A stretch of DNA of 64,000 bases. It comes from an uncultured Armatimonadetes bacterium (GTDB lineage: Bacteria; Armatimonadota; UBA5829; DTJY01). This document shows positions 9,204 to 21,911 of this stretch, piece by piece. Location: NCBI GenBank assembly GCA_963717145.1, contig OY970325.1, positions 896,001 to 960,000 of the forward strand. The letters are read 5' to 3'. Under the pieces are notes generated by a model. It was given only the letters and a program-made list of their open reading frames with translations. It was not told the DNA's origin and did not search any database. The stretch's first letter is position 1, and the number at the start of each line of letters is the position of its first letter. A program made the translations under genes and the position numbers.

Positions 9204-10561
9204 AATTGCTTCACGAACGATGTTACCGAAACGGAAACGTTGCCTCAGATAAGAATGTTACCGAAACTGAGGCATGGAGAAGATGACAACTGCATCCGTA
9301 AGAGAAGTCGTGAGGCGCAAACGCAAAGAATATGGCAAAGCCACCAAATCGGAGAAGAAGCTGGTATTGAGTGAAGTCCAGGGATTGACCGGTTACCACA
9401 GGAAGTCGCTGGTGAGGCTGTTCGCGAAAGGAGTTCCACCAGCGAGGAGTCCAGTGAGACGCGCAAGGAAGTCGAAATACGAGCCGATAGCCCACAAGCT
9501 GAAGACACTCTGGGCTGCGAGTTTCTACGCGTGCGGTAAGCGTCTGCAGCCGTTTCTGACTGAGTTTCTACCCATACTGGAGTCATTCGGGGAGATAACG
9601 GTTACACCAGAAGAAGAGAGGCTGCTTAACTCGATCAGCGCGTCGAGCATCGACAGGTTGATGAAGAAGGAGCGGTCTGCCCTATCGCTAACAGGGAGGA
9701 CCTTAACAAAGCCGGGGACACTGCTTCGGTCTCAGATCCCGGTGAGGACGTTTGCCGACTGGGATGAAGCTGAGCCTGGGTTCTTCGAGATGGACTTGGT
9801 GGGTCATTGCGGAGGTGACGGGAGCGGAGAGTTCCTGTATACTTTGACTATGACTGATGTAGCGACCGGATGGGTAGCGCTTGATGGAATGAAAGGCCGA
9901 GGGGAGCACGGAACCGTGCTTGCGGTGCAGTCCGCGTCCAAGAGCGCACCGTTTGCAGTCAGAGGCATAGATACCGACAACGGCGGCGAGTTCATCAACC
10001 ATCACATGAACAAGTACTGTCGAGCGCACAGGATCACGTTTACGCGCAGTCGGCCTTACAAGAAGAACGATCAATGTCATGTAGAGCAGAAGAACTGGAG
10101 CGTAGTCCGGCAGTTTATAGGTTACCGGCGATTCGAGACGGACGAGCAGCTTGCGGTACTAAAGGCGATATATCCGCTGATCGTGGCGTATCACAACTTC
10201 TGTCAGCCCATGATGCGTCTTAAAGAAAAGGAGCGGATTGGGAGTAAAGTGATCAAACGCTATGAGCCTGCGATGACGCCGTACCGCAAGCTGATAAGTG
10301 TTGAAGGATGGCTTGACGATGAAGCAAAGGATCGCCTCGATAAAGAACGTAGAGCGACGAACCCGGTGGAGCTACTAAGACGCATCCACAGGCTATCATC
10401 AAAGCTTGACAGGATGCCGAATAAAGACAGATCGAAAGCGAGCAAGGCGCGGCCCTGAGCGGCGATCAAGAGCCGATCTGACATACTTGAACACACTACT
10501 TGGTAACATTATCAATGACGCAACGAATGGCGTTTCGGTAACAAAGTTAAATGAGGCAACA
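9204..10561 (+). mobile_element. IS element with an rve-type DDE transposase (ISNCY/IS1202-like ends)
   Basis: Each end carries two units of TTGC(C/T/G)TCA-N8/9-TGTTACC(GAAAC) in inverted orientation; right end terminates ...GAGGCAACA; no target duplication seen. Confidence 0.75.
9274..10458 (+). CDS. DDE integrase/transposase (rve domain)
   Basis: FEMDLVGHCG, IDTDNGGEF, RSRPYKKNDQCHVEQKNWSVVR motifs. Confidence 0.9.
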   Translation: MEKMTTASVREVVRRKRKEYGKATKSEKKLVLSEVQGLTGYHRKSLVRLFAKGVPPARSPVRRARKSKYEPIAHKLKTLWAASFYACGKRLQPFLTEFLPILESFGEITVTPEEERLLNSISASSIDRLMKKERSALSLTGRTLTKPGTLLRSQIPVRTFADWDEAEPGFFEMDLVGHCGGDGSGEFLYTLTMTDVATGWVALDGMKGRGEHGTVLAVQSASKSAPFAVRGIDTDNGGEFINHHMNKYCRAHRITFTRSRPYKKNDQCHVEQKNWSVVRQFIGYRRFETDEQLAVLKAIYPLIVAYHNFCQPMMRLKEKERIGSKVIKRYEPAMTPYRKLISVEGWLDDEAKDRLDKERRATNPVELLRRIHRLSSKLDRMPNKDRSKASKARP

Positions 10562-10581
10562 CGCCAGCAGGTCACCAGTTC

Positions 10582-11931
10582 CTACTCGCTCCACGGCTCC
10601 TCGTGTTCGCCGAAATGCAGGATCAGGTCCGATCTGTCCAGTGGACCATCCTCTCTGAACTGCGGGAGGTAGTCAGCTTCCAGCTCCAGCAGCTCATCGA
10701 GAATCTTCTGAGCTGCTTCTGCACTATGAACGATGGGGTCGGCGAGGAGCGCTTGCAGAGCAGTATCCGTTGATCCGTCGTTCGCTGCCTCGACGATGAG
10801 TCTCTGCATCCCCGCCTGCGTGTTGCAGAGGGATGCGATCCCGTTGGGAAGGTCTCCGATCCGGAGTCCCTGGATGCCGTAGGAACTGATGATGGCCGGA
10901 ACCTCGACGATGACATCCTTAGGCAGGTTGGTGATGTAGCCGTCGTTCGGGATGTTGACCGCGAGTTCGAGGTGATTGCTGTTTGAGAGGATGCCTGCGA
11001 TGATGTCGATGGCGCGCTCGCCTGATCTGCGGTTGAGAAGATCGGTGATGGGCTCCTGGCCGTTCAGGACGCGTCGGATGCGCTCCCACATCTCCTCGCG
11101 ATACCGAGCACCAGCTTCGAAGTCATAGCCCTTCGTGCCGCAGTACTCGTGAGCGAAGGGGAGATACTCGCCGATGTGATCGTCGCCGGGCGACGGATAG
11201 TAGTGGAAGGTGTCGTACATCTTGCGACAGAGCGGCTGGAAGGCAGGATCGTAGTCCTTCAGACACTCCTCCAGCCTGGGATAGGCATCCTCACCTGTGT
11301 CCTTGAAGCGCAGGTCGAGGATCCAGGTGAAGTGATTCAGGCCGGCCGCCTTGACGTCGAGGTTCTCGGCATCGACTCCCATCACGCGTGCGAGGTTCTG
11401 AAGCTGTCCGCCGATCCCGTGACAGAGTCCGACCACTTGAACGTAGAGGTACTCCTTGACCGCCATGCAGAGCTTGGGGACGGGATTGGTATAGTTGAGG
11501 ACGAGTGCGCTCGGGCAGTACCCCCAGACATCGTGGCAGATGCTCAGCATCAGGTGGTGGTTCCGCATTGCATGGAAGAGACCGCCCGGTCCGCCGTTCT
11601 CGCCGAGCACCTGCTTCACGCCATGTTTGAGCGGGACCTCGAAGTCGAGCTTCCACAGCTTCTCGCGTTCGACCTCGAAGGAGGTAATGACGAACTCCGC
11701 ATCGGGAAGCGCCTCTCTCCGGTCGGTCGTGTGCTCGATCGTCAGACCCGCGCCGGCGGCTTCGTTCATCTTGCGCGCCAGGGTGGCGATTGTCTCGAGC
11801 GCCTCTCGGTTGATGTCCACCAGGGACACAGTGCTCCCCTTGAACCCGGGTGTGTTGATGATATCGCCGATGGTCCCGAGTCCGAATGATGCGCTCCCCG
11901 CGCCGATAAGTACGATCTTTGTAGCTCTCAT
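10582..11931 (-). CDS. Family 4 glycoside hydrolase (NAD-dependent alpha-galactosidase/alpha-glucosidase, MelA-like)
   Basis: IGAGSASF, GENGGPGG, NYTNP, VGLCHG, AGLNHFTW, EVPA motifs. Confidence 0.9.
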   Translation of the reverse strand: MRATKIVLIGAGSASFGLGTIGDIINTPGFKGSTVSLVDINREALETIATLARKMNEAAGAGLTIEHTTDRREALPDAEFVITSFEVEREKLWKLDFEVPLKHGVKQVLGENGGPGGLFHAMRNHHLMLSICHDVWGYCPSALVLNYTNPVPKLCMAVKEYLYVQVVGLCHGIGGQLQNLARVMGVDAENLDVKAAGLNHFTWILDLRFKDTGEDAYPRLEECLKDYDPAFQPLCRKMYDTFHYYPSPGDDHIGEYLPFAHEYCGTKGYDFEAGARYREEMWERIRRVLNGQEPITDLLNRRSGERAIDIIAGILSNSNHLELAVNIPNDGYITNLPKDVIVEVPAIISSYGIQGLRIGDLPNGIASLCNTQAGMQRLIVEAANDGSTDTALQALLADPIVHSAEAAQKILDELLELEADYLPQFREDGPLDRSDLILHFGEHEEPWSE

Positions 11932-12005
11932 TGGTGTCTCCTTCGCTGCGGTCCGAAGCCGATTCTACTTGGCCATGAGCACTCTGTCAAGCAGACCGAT
12001 TGCCA

Positions 12006-13506
12006 GAAAGAGTTCACGATCGTTGATAGTGAAGTTTGTCAGGCTGGATCGGTCGCGGGTGTCTGAGGAACGCCCATGAGCATCCGCCGGCATGACTCCA
12101 TCGCATCTTCACCACGCAAGTGCCAGGTCCCGAATAGACTCATCAGCGCCATGCGGGTCTCAGATCCCTTGGCCGACCGTGTGCCGCCGCTGATCTTGCG
12201 AGCCGTTACCGCAGGCCGGATCGCTCGCTCGGCCGCGTTGTTCTCGCTTGGTACTTCCGGACATTCTACGAAGACAAACAGCTCCGGCAGGAACCTCTCG
12301 ATCCGCTGAGCCAGTATCCGCTGGGGAACATCCCGCTTCAGGTATGGCCTGGCGAGCCGATACAACTCTTCCTCGAATGCGATCCGCTGCTCGTGCCGAG
12401 CCTTCGACTCCTCGTTCGAATATCTCTTCGCGCGTCTGTAAACGGCCTTGACCTTGCCGACCCAGACTGCTACCCCTCTCTTGTCAGGGTTCGCCTCGAC
12501 GAGCGTTCGCAAGTCCCGCAGGTAGTGCACCCAGCACCGCTGATGCCGCCCCAAGAGCACGTTGTAACCGCAGTAGAAGTCGCTTACGACTACACCGCCG
12601 TAGTCCTCTCCCAGCACATCCTTTGCGACCTCTCCGCTCCGACTCTTGTCTCGGATGAAGTAGCGCACGCGTGGCGTCGAGAAGCTCCAGATGTATCCGT
12701 TCCTCCCGTCTTCCCGCCAGACCGGTCTCATCCGCGTTCACCGCAGGGCTTCCCCGCACCGCATGAAGAAGCTTCTCTACCTCCGACTTCCCCATGGATG
12801 CTACCGTATGTAGTATCTTTGTGATCTCTCCGCGCCCGAGATGCAGACCGTAGAGTGATTCCAGAAGCTTCTGCACACGCTCGACCGGCATTCTACCGAC
12901 CGTGTGGAGATAGCTCACCAGGCTCATCAGCCGGATGCCCACCCGGTGTGTCCCGACCACCTCTTCGGAGAGGTCGAGCTTCGGCACGTGTATCTTGTGG
13001 CAGACTCCGCAGTACCGTCCGATCACCAGGTGCTCGATGATCCTGACCGGCATCACCGGTATCTCGATCACCTGCCGGCTGTGATGCATCGTGCCGCCGG
13101 AGAGCTTCCTGCCGCAGTCGGGACAGGTGTCGAGCGCGTGCTCCACGATCTCCGTGGGGGTCTCCCTCAAGCGGGCAAACGACTTCTGCCGCTTCTTGCG
13201 ATCCTTCTTCTTGCGCTCGGGCCGGTTTGCCTTCACAAAGGCAGGTATCGTCCTGCCGCCGCCACCGAGCTTGGACCGGAGTTCTTCATTCTCCTTCTCA
13301 AGCGCTCGGACGCGTTCGGTCAGGGTGTCTACACCTTCACGCAACTCCAGGACGGCCTGATGCTGCTCTCGGATCGCCTGGTGCTGCTCCAAGACGATGC
13401 CGATCAGTTCTTCTCTTGATAGGTTGCCGAGATCGTTCACAACCTACCATTCGACAGCCGATCCTGGGGTACCTTCCTCAGATTATCAATGATCGTGAAC
13501 TCTTAC
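12006..13506 (-). mobile_element. IS66-family element (single-ORF, ISBst12-type), copy 1
   Basis: IRs G(A)AAGAGTTCACGATCGTTGATA / TATCAATGATCGTGAACTCTTAC; 8-bp target duplication GATTGCCA at 11998-12005 and 13507-13514. Confidence 0.95.
12039..13440 (-). pseudogene. IS66 transposase with a +1 frameshift near 12721
   Basis: CPDCG zinc finger, NADETG/WR, VSDFY, HQRCWVH, ENNAAERAIR; one extra base relative to the intact copy at 27487-28893. Confidence 0.9.
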
Positions 13507-13570
13507 GATTGCCAAGGTCCACGGTTCCTGCTATTCTACGAAATGAGCAAGCAACCTTTGGAGGTGCGTT

Positions 13571-14053
13571 ATGTGGCATATGAGTCTTCCCTGGTGGGAG
13601 TTCCTGGTCCGGGCTGCGGTCGTGTACGTCTTCATACTGGTTCTTCTGCGACTCGGGGGGAAGCGGGCGATCGGTCAGATGGGCGCGGGGGAGTTCGTCG
13701 CGATCCTCCTGGTCAGCAACGCGGTCCAGAACTCGATGAACGGCGGTGACAACTCGATCAGCGGTGGATTGATACTCTCGACCGTCATCATCGGACTGAG
13801 CGTCTTCCTCGCATACATCACCTACTACTCGAAGACCGCCGAGAAGGTCATCGAGGGAGTGCCGGTTATACTGGTCAGGCATGGAGAGGTCATTCACAAG
13901 AACCTGCGACGCGTGCTCCTCAACGAGTATGAGCTGCATCATGCGCTCCGGATTCAGGGCGTTCGGCATATCCGCGATGTCTCCCTCGCCATCCTCGAAA
14001 GCGACGGCAAGATCAGTGTGACCTTGAACACCACGAACCACACAGGGCAGTGA
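13571..14053 (+). CDS. DUF421 (YetF/YcaP-like) membrane protein
   Basis: GGAGG RBS; LRLGGKRAIGQM, three TM segments, EGVPVILVRHG, AILESDGKISV. Confidence 0.9.
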   Translation: MWHMSLPWWEFLVRAAVVYVFILVLLRLGGKRAIGQMGAGEFVAILLVSNAVQNSMNGGDNSISGGLILSTVIIGLSVFLAYITYYSKTAEKVIEGVPVILVRHGEVIHKNLRRVLLNEYELHHALRIQGVRHIRDVSLAILESDGKISVTLNTTNHTGQ

Positions 14054-14061
14054 GAGTGGTG

Positions 14062-14171
14062 GGAGTGTACTCCTTATGCGATCGGAGTGCACTCCTGACG
14101 CTATTGGAGTACACTGCTGCTACCTCAGGAGTACACTCCTGACGCCTTGGGAGGATACTTCGACCGCACGG
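14062..14171. repeat. Five-unit array with exact 22-bp period and palindromic core GGAGTRYACTCC
   Basis: Cores start at 14062, 14084, 14106, 14128 and 14150 (last degenerate), separated by variable 10-bp spacers. Confidence 0.85.
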
Positions 14172-14184
14172 CTGCGACACCTGC

Positions 14185-15617
14185 GGGTGCATTCGCGTTG
14201 AGTGGGTAGCAAGTAAGGAAGGAGTCTCCTGTAATAGTCGGTAATGGTTTGTTGAAGGACAAACATTCCGAAAGGAGACTCCCAGAGAATGCTTACACTT
14301 TTGCACACAGACTCCCTCCTTCAGGCCGCTCGCGACTTTGCGCGCAGCTACATCGATTGCACGGACTTAGGGTCAGCCGAGGAGCGTATTCAGATCCTGG
14401 CGCGTCAGATTGCCGGCGCAATGATGAGTGAGGTTGCCGCCAAGATGAGCGGAAAGCCCACCTACAAGGGTGTTGGGATAGAATGCGAATGCGGCAGACT
14501 GGCCAGGTTCAAGGGATACCGGAAACGCTTCATTCGGACTTTGCACGGAGACATAGAGGTCGAGAGGTCATACTACCGTTGCGACCATTGCAGGCGGGGC
14601 TACATTCCATGGGACCGCGAGCAGGGGCTGTCCGAGAGAGTATGGACCGCCAGAGTGAAGGAACTCACCGCCTCGATCTGCGCCGCGCTTCCATATGAAG
14701 CAGCCGCAAGGCTGATCGAGCGAACCACGGGTATTGCGATCGAAGAGAGCAGCGAAGAAGAGATAGTCCGGGATGTTGGGGAATGCCTCCGCCGAGAGGA
14801 GCAGGAAGCGATCATCTCTGTGGTAGACACAGGTGAAGAGGTCTCCTGCGAGGCGACGCCACAGAGGCTCTACATTGGCATAGACGCGGCCAAAGCGCAC
14901 ACCGATGGCCAGTGGCATGACATCAAGACCATGGTGGTATACGAAGGCGTTCCGGCTGCAGGCAAAGACACGGATACCGTCACCAACTCGCGCTACATAG
15001 CGGCGCAAGAGACGAGCGACGAGTTCGGGAGACGGGTATACACCAGAGCACTGCAAGCCGGCTATGACGGGGCAAAAGAGCGTATAGTGATCGCCGACGG
15101 CGCAGACTGGATATGGAGAGAGGTCAGGAATCATCTGCCGGAGAGCATCAAGATCATCGACTACTGGCATGCCTGTGAGCACATATACGGCTTGGCGCGG
15201 ACACTCTACGGAGAGGGGAATCCCAAAGGGAAGCGCTGGGCAAACGAACACTGCCGGAAGCTTAAAGAGAAGGGGCCGGGGAGTCTGCTTAGAGCCATGA
15301 AGCGGCGCAGAGCACGAAACGATTCTGAGAGGGAAGCGCTTCGGATCGAGACAGGCTACTTCAGAAAGTACCGCAAGTACATGAACTACCCGGCATACAG
15401 GGCCAAGGGGATGATGATAGGCAGCGGTCCGGTGGAAGCGGCGTGCAAGGTGATAGTAGGCCAGAGGTTAAAGCAAGCCGGGATGCGATGGACGAAGGAC
15501 GGCGCAGATGCAGTGCTCGCGGTGAGAACTGCCCTCCTAAGCGGCGAACTGGCTCGGATCGAGCACGCAGCACGTGCCGCCTGAGCCGTGCTCTACCCAC
15601 TCTGAGGAATTCCACCC
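14185..15617 (+). mobile_element. ISKra4/ISLre2-type (IS256-related) element
   Basis: Imperfect IRs GGGTGCATTCGCGTTGAGTGGGTAG / CTACCCACTCTGAGGAATTCCACCC; 9-bp target duplication GACACCTGC at 14176-14184 and 15618-15626. Confidence 0.9.
14289..15584 (+). CDS. ISKra4/UPF0236-type transposase
   Basis: YYRCDHC, IGIDA, IADGADWIW, IDYWHACEH, IGSGPVEAACK, RLKQAGMRW. Confidence 0.9.
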   Translation: MLTLLHTDSLLQAARDFARSYIDCTDLGSAEERIQILARQIAGAMMSEVAAKMSGKPTYKGVGIECECGRLARFKGYRKRFIRTLHGDIEVERSYYRCDHCRRGYIPWDREQGLSERVWTARVKELTASICAALPYEAAARLIERTTGIAIEESSEEEIVRDVGECLRREEQEAIISVVDTGEEVSCEATPQRLYIGIDAAKAHTDGQWHDIKTMVVYEGVPAAGKDTDTVTNSRYIAAQETSDEFGRRVYTRALQAGYDGAKERIVIADGADWIWREVRNHLPESIKIIDYWHACEHIYGLARTLYGEGNPKGKRWANEHCRKLKEKGPGSLLRAMKRRRARNDSEREALRIETGYFRKYRKYMNYPAYRAKGMMIGSGPVEAACKVIVGQRLKQAGMRWTKDGADAVLAVRTALLSGELARIEHAARAA

Positions 15618-15633
15618 GACACCTGCATCTACA

Positions 15634-15662
15634 TTGACTTCAACCGCTTTTTCTGTTAGAAT
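15634..15662 (+). promoter_or_regulatory. Sigma70-type promoter of uvrA
   Basis: TTGACT-17 bp-TAGAAT about 50 bp upstream of the ATG. Confidence 0.65.
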
Positions 15663-15710
15663 TGAGGGTCGGAGCGTCCGAACATCCGTGCGCTCCGGGA
15701 ACTCAATACT

Positions 15711-18558
<2,848 letters not shown>

Positions 18559-18560
18559 GT

Positions 18561-18688
18561 ACACAGATGGCACAGATGGCGGAGGATAGAACAGATGGAA
18601 TCCAGAGTCGCTTCATGCTTTCCTGCCATCTTGGTTTCCTGATAGAGAATCATCCGTGCTCTCCGCTTTTCATCTGTGTCATCTGTGT
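18561..18688. repeat. Intergenic imperfect inverted repeat built from ACAGATG units
   Basis: ACACAGATGGCACAGATGGCGGAG...CTCCGCTTTTCATCTGTGTCATCTGTGT. Confidence 0.75.
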
Positions 18689-18702
18689 TCTAAGTTTTGC
18701 CG

Positions 18703-20715
18703 ATGGATGACAAACTGAAGCAGAAACTGGCTCACTTGCCCTGCAAGCCGGGAGCCTACATGATGAAGGACGCACAGGGAGAGGTGATATACGTCGGGAA
18801 GGCGCTCTCTCTCCGAAACCGCGTCCGCTCATACTTCCAGAAGGGTCAAACACACCTCCCCAGAACCGTCATCATGGTCGGCCACATCGCCGACATCGAC
18901 TGGATCGTCACCGACAGCGAAGTCGAAGCCCTGATGCTCGAGTGCAACCTCATCAAGAAGTACCGACCCTACTACAACGTCCGGCTCAGAGATGACAAGC
19001 ATTACCCCTACCTCTGTGTCACCATGTCCGAGCCGTTCCCCAGGGTCATCATCACTCGCAGGAGCAAGCAGGACGGAAACCGCTACTTCGGCCCGTATAC
19101 CGACTCACTGGCCCTCCGCGAGAGTCTCCGCCTGATCCGCCGAATCTTCCGCATCCGTAGCTGCAATAAGAAGCTCACCGGCCATGAGAAGGATCGTCCG
19201 TGCCTCAACCTCCACCTCGGCCAATGCGATTCCCCGTGCTCCGGCGCGATCGCCGCGGAGGAGTACGGAACGACGGTCTATGACACGTGCCTTTTCCTCG
19301 AAGGCAGGCTCGACTCGATTGCCAAGCGCATCGGGAAGGAGATGGACCGAGCGGCTGAGGCGCTTCAGTTCGAACTTGCGGCCAAGTTGCGCGACCAGTT
19401 GCTCTCGATCCGCAAGCTGACCGAGAAGCAGAAGATGATCAACACCGATCACATCGATCGGGACATCGTCTGCCTCCTGAACGAGAACGGCTCGGCGTTC
19501 GTCCAACTGCTCTTCATCCGCTCCGGGAGGGTGATCGGCCAGGAGCAGTTCCATCTCGATGGAGTGACCGATGCTTTGTTATCGTCACCGGAGTCCAACT
19601 CCGGTGACAACAAAGCCTCTGACCTACCGTTGTCACCGGAGTTGGACTCCGGTGACGATAACCAAACGCCGGAGTTGTACTCCAGCGAGAACGCCGAGGG
19701 CCAGATACTCACCGAGTTCATCAAGCAGTACTACCGCGACGCAGCGTATATCCCGAAGGAGATACTCGTCTCCCACAAGCCGCAGGAGTGGCCGGTCCTG
19801 GAGGATTGGCTGACCCTCAGGCGCGGCAACCGGGTCGAGATTCATCATCCGCAGCGAGGCGAGAAGAAGCGGCTGGTCGAGATGGCTCAGGAGAACGCGC
19901 AGATCCTCGCCGGCCAGCGCCAGGACAAGGAAGCACAGAACCAGGGCAACCTGACGGATCTTGCGCGTGAGATCGGCATGGAAACGCTGCCGAACCGGAT
20001 CGAGGCGTTCGACATCTCGAACCTACAGGGCACGGAGACCGTCGCATCGATGGTCGTCTTCGAGGCCGGAATCCCGGCGAAGAAGGAGTACCGGCGCTTC
20101 AAGATACGCACGGTCGAAGGGCCGGACGACTATGCCTCGATGAAGGAAGCCATCCACCGCCGGTTCGCCGCCGCATCCGACAACCCGAAGTTTGCCAAGC
20201 TCCCGGACCTGGTCGTAATCGACGGTGGCAAGGGTCAGCTCTCTGCGGCGCTGGAAGCCATCGAAGAACGCCCACAAGGGGCTAGGCTACAGGAGGATGC
20301 GACGCCATCCACCATCGCCCCCGAATCGCCCTGTAGCCTAGCCCCTTGTGGGCGTTCGTCCATCACGATCATCTCCCTCGCCAAGCAGTTCGAGGAGGTC
20401 TTCCTCCCGGGCCGAAGTGAGCCGATCCTGCTGCCGAGGAACTCCCCCGCCCTGAAGCTGCTCCAGCGGATCCGCGACGAGGCTCACAGGTTCGCGCTCT
20501 CGTACCATCATAAGCTGAGGGCCAAGACCGCCGTAAAGTCGGTGCTCGACAGTATCACCGGCATCGGCAACGAACGCCGGAAGGCGCTCATCAAGCGGTT
20601 CGGCTCACTCGCGGGAGTCCGCGCGGCATCCCTCGATGAGCTTCAGACCGTCCCCGGCGTGAACCGCAAGGTCGCGGAGGCGGTCTATGAGAGCTTGCAC
20701 GGCGATAGGTCGTGA
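18703..20715 (+). CDS. uvrC: Excinuclease ABC subunit C with two in-frame insertions
   Basis: GIY-YIG ([22 protein letters not shown]), [30 protein letters not shown], HhH (GIGNERR). Confidence 0.95.
   Translation: MDDKLKQKLAHLPCKPGAYMMKDAQGEVIYVGKALSLRNRVRSYFQKGQTHLPRTVIMVGHIADIDWIVTDSEVEALMLECNLIKKYRPYYNVRLRDDKHYPYLCVTMSEPFPRVIITRRSKQDGNRYFGPYTDSLALRESLRLIRRIFRIRSCNKKLTGHEKDRPCLNLHLGQCDSPCSGAIAAEEYGTTVYDTCLFLEGRLDSIAKRIGKEMDRAAEALQFELAAKLRDQLLSIRKLTEKQKMINTDHIDRDIVCLLNENGSAFVQLLFIRSGRVIGQEQFHLDGVTDALLSSPESNSGDNKASDLPLSPELDSGDDNQTPELYSSENAEGQILTEFIKQYYRDAAYIPKEILVSHKPQEWPVLEDWLTLRRGNRVEIHHPQRGEKKRLVEMAQENAQILAGQRQDKEAQNQGNLTDLAREIGMETLPNRIEAFDISNLQGTETVASMVVFEAGIPAKKEYRRFKIRTVEGPDDYASMKEAIHRRFAAASDNPKFAKLPDLVVIDGGKGQLSAALEAIEERPQGARLQEDATPSTIAPESPCSLAPCGRSSITIISLAKQFEEVFLPGRSEPILLPRNSPALKLLQRIRDEAHRFALSYHHKLRAKTAVKSVLDSITGIGNERRKALIKRFGSLAGVRAASLDELQTVPGVNRKVAEAVYESLHGDRS
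19573..19667. repeat. REP-like doublet (two inverted hairpins) inside uvrC
   Basis: TTTGTTATCGTCACCGGAGTCCAACTCCGGTGACAAC followed by its near-exact reverse complement GTTGTCACCGGAGTTGGACTCCGGTGACGATAACCAAA. Confidence 0.9.
20266..20357. repeat. REPIN-like element with a perfect 28-bp inverted repeat inside uvrC
   Basis: GAACGCCCACAAGGGGCTAGGCTACAGG (20266-20293) and CCTGTAGCCTAGCCCCTTGTGGGCGTTC (20330-20357). Confidence 0.9.
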
Positions 20716-20774
20716 AACGTGAACAGCGCATGCACAATGTGGCGAGCGTGCCGGTGTACAATCACTGCGGGTGG

Positions 20775-21911
20775 TCAACTTCCCGAGAGCCGCCGCAGCT
20801 GAAAGAGGTAGAAGAAACCGTTCTCGCTCACTTTCGCACGCTCTGCTGCGAGATCAAGCGATGTCGCCACAGATATAAGGCCCAAACTCGCCAGGAGAGC
20901 GAGATGCTTAGGCAGATCAGCTGTAATAGTTGCCAGAAGCGGGACATAGGACTTCGGGCTAAGTATCCTCTCGAAGAGGCGCCTAAGAACACCAAGATTG
21001 GACGACCGAATCTTTGATTCCAGCTGGTTAAGAGCCCAGCGCGTTCTGCCTGTCAGCTCGTCACCGAAACGAACGAGATCAGTCGCTGCTAGATTACCTG
21101 TGAGTTCTTGGCTGAGCTTGTCCATTTCGTATTGGAAGCCAAGCAGTTCGTCCCTCGTGGCGGATCGTATGTCGAGTACTTCCTCAAAGCTGAGGCTGGA
21201 AACATCGGGTACGTTCAGCTTCAGGATATCAAGTATGGAGCTTGCAGACTCATGTTGGAGCACCTGTGAGTCACGGGGGACTTGGCTCTTAGCGTAAGCG
21301 TACCTCAGATAATCAGATAGCACCGAGCTGCTGGACACTGTAGACCGGCCTGATCCCATGGCATCGAGTAGGTCCCCTAGCAGGACCGCGTAGTACTCGA
21401 AGAGGAAGTTCGGATACAGCAGCTTGCCCTCGTGGAACGGGCCGAAATGCTGTTCGTGCAGGGCAGTGGCTTCGGCGTCTGAGATTTTGATCACACTGCC
21501 CGAGTCCTTAGTAAGACCCTCGACAACCACATCCGGGTTTCCAGCAATGAGATCAGCGGCAACCTGCACCGGGCTGTCTGGTCCTCGCTTGTTGTCGTCG
21601 GCTGCTAGAGTCACCAGTCCCGCATCGACGAGCATGTCAATGTGCGCGAGAAACTCGTCACTGATGATCGGCGTCGCGCCCACCACCGTACCTATTGGAC
21701 CATCAGCAGGCGATACATTGCGGGCCTCAACCGCCAGCTCGTGTTTGGACATCGCAGCACGTGCATTGGGGCCACGACGCACCAGATGCATGAAGCCGGG
21801 CCATATCAGGGGGCATCCTTTGGACGGTGGAATCCATTCCATGTTCACGAAGCTATGTTCGCGAAGCTCGACCCGGTCAAAATAGAGAAGCGCTAGTTTG
21901 AGCGCATCTAG
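20775..21911 (-). pseudogene. Hypothetical protein, 5' end truncated at the IS1182 junction
   Basis: The frame of ORF 20775-21848 stays open upstream (LDALKLALLYFDRVELRE) up to the CTAG at the IS end; no in-frame start before the IS. Confidence 0.6.

Noticed and set aside
14062-14171. Mini CRISPR array
   Set aside because: 12-bp repeats and 10-bp spacers are far too short and there are no cas genes in the window
20712-20775. Left att site of the tRNA-Glu island after uvrC
   Set aside because: No recognisable copy of the tRNA 3' end (TGGTAGCGCC) seen here or elsewhere by eye
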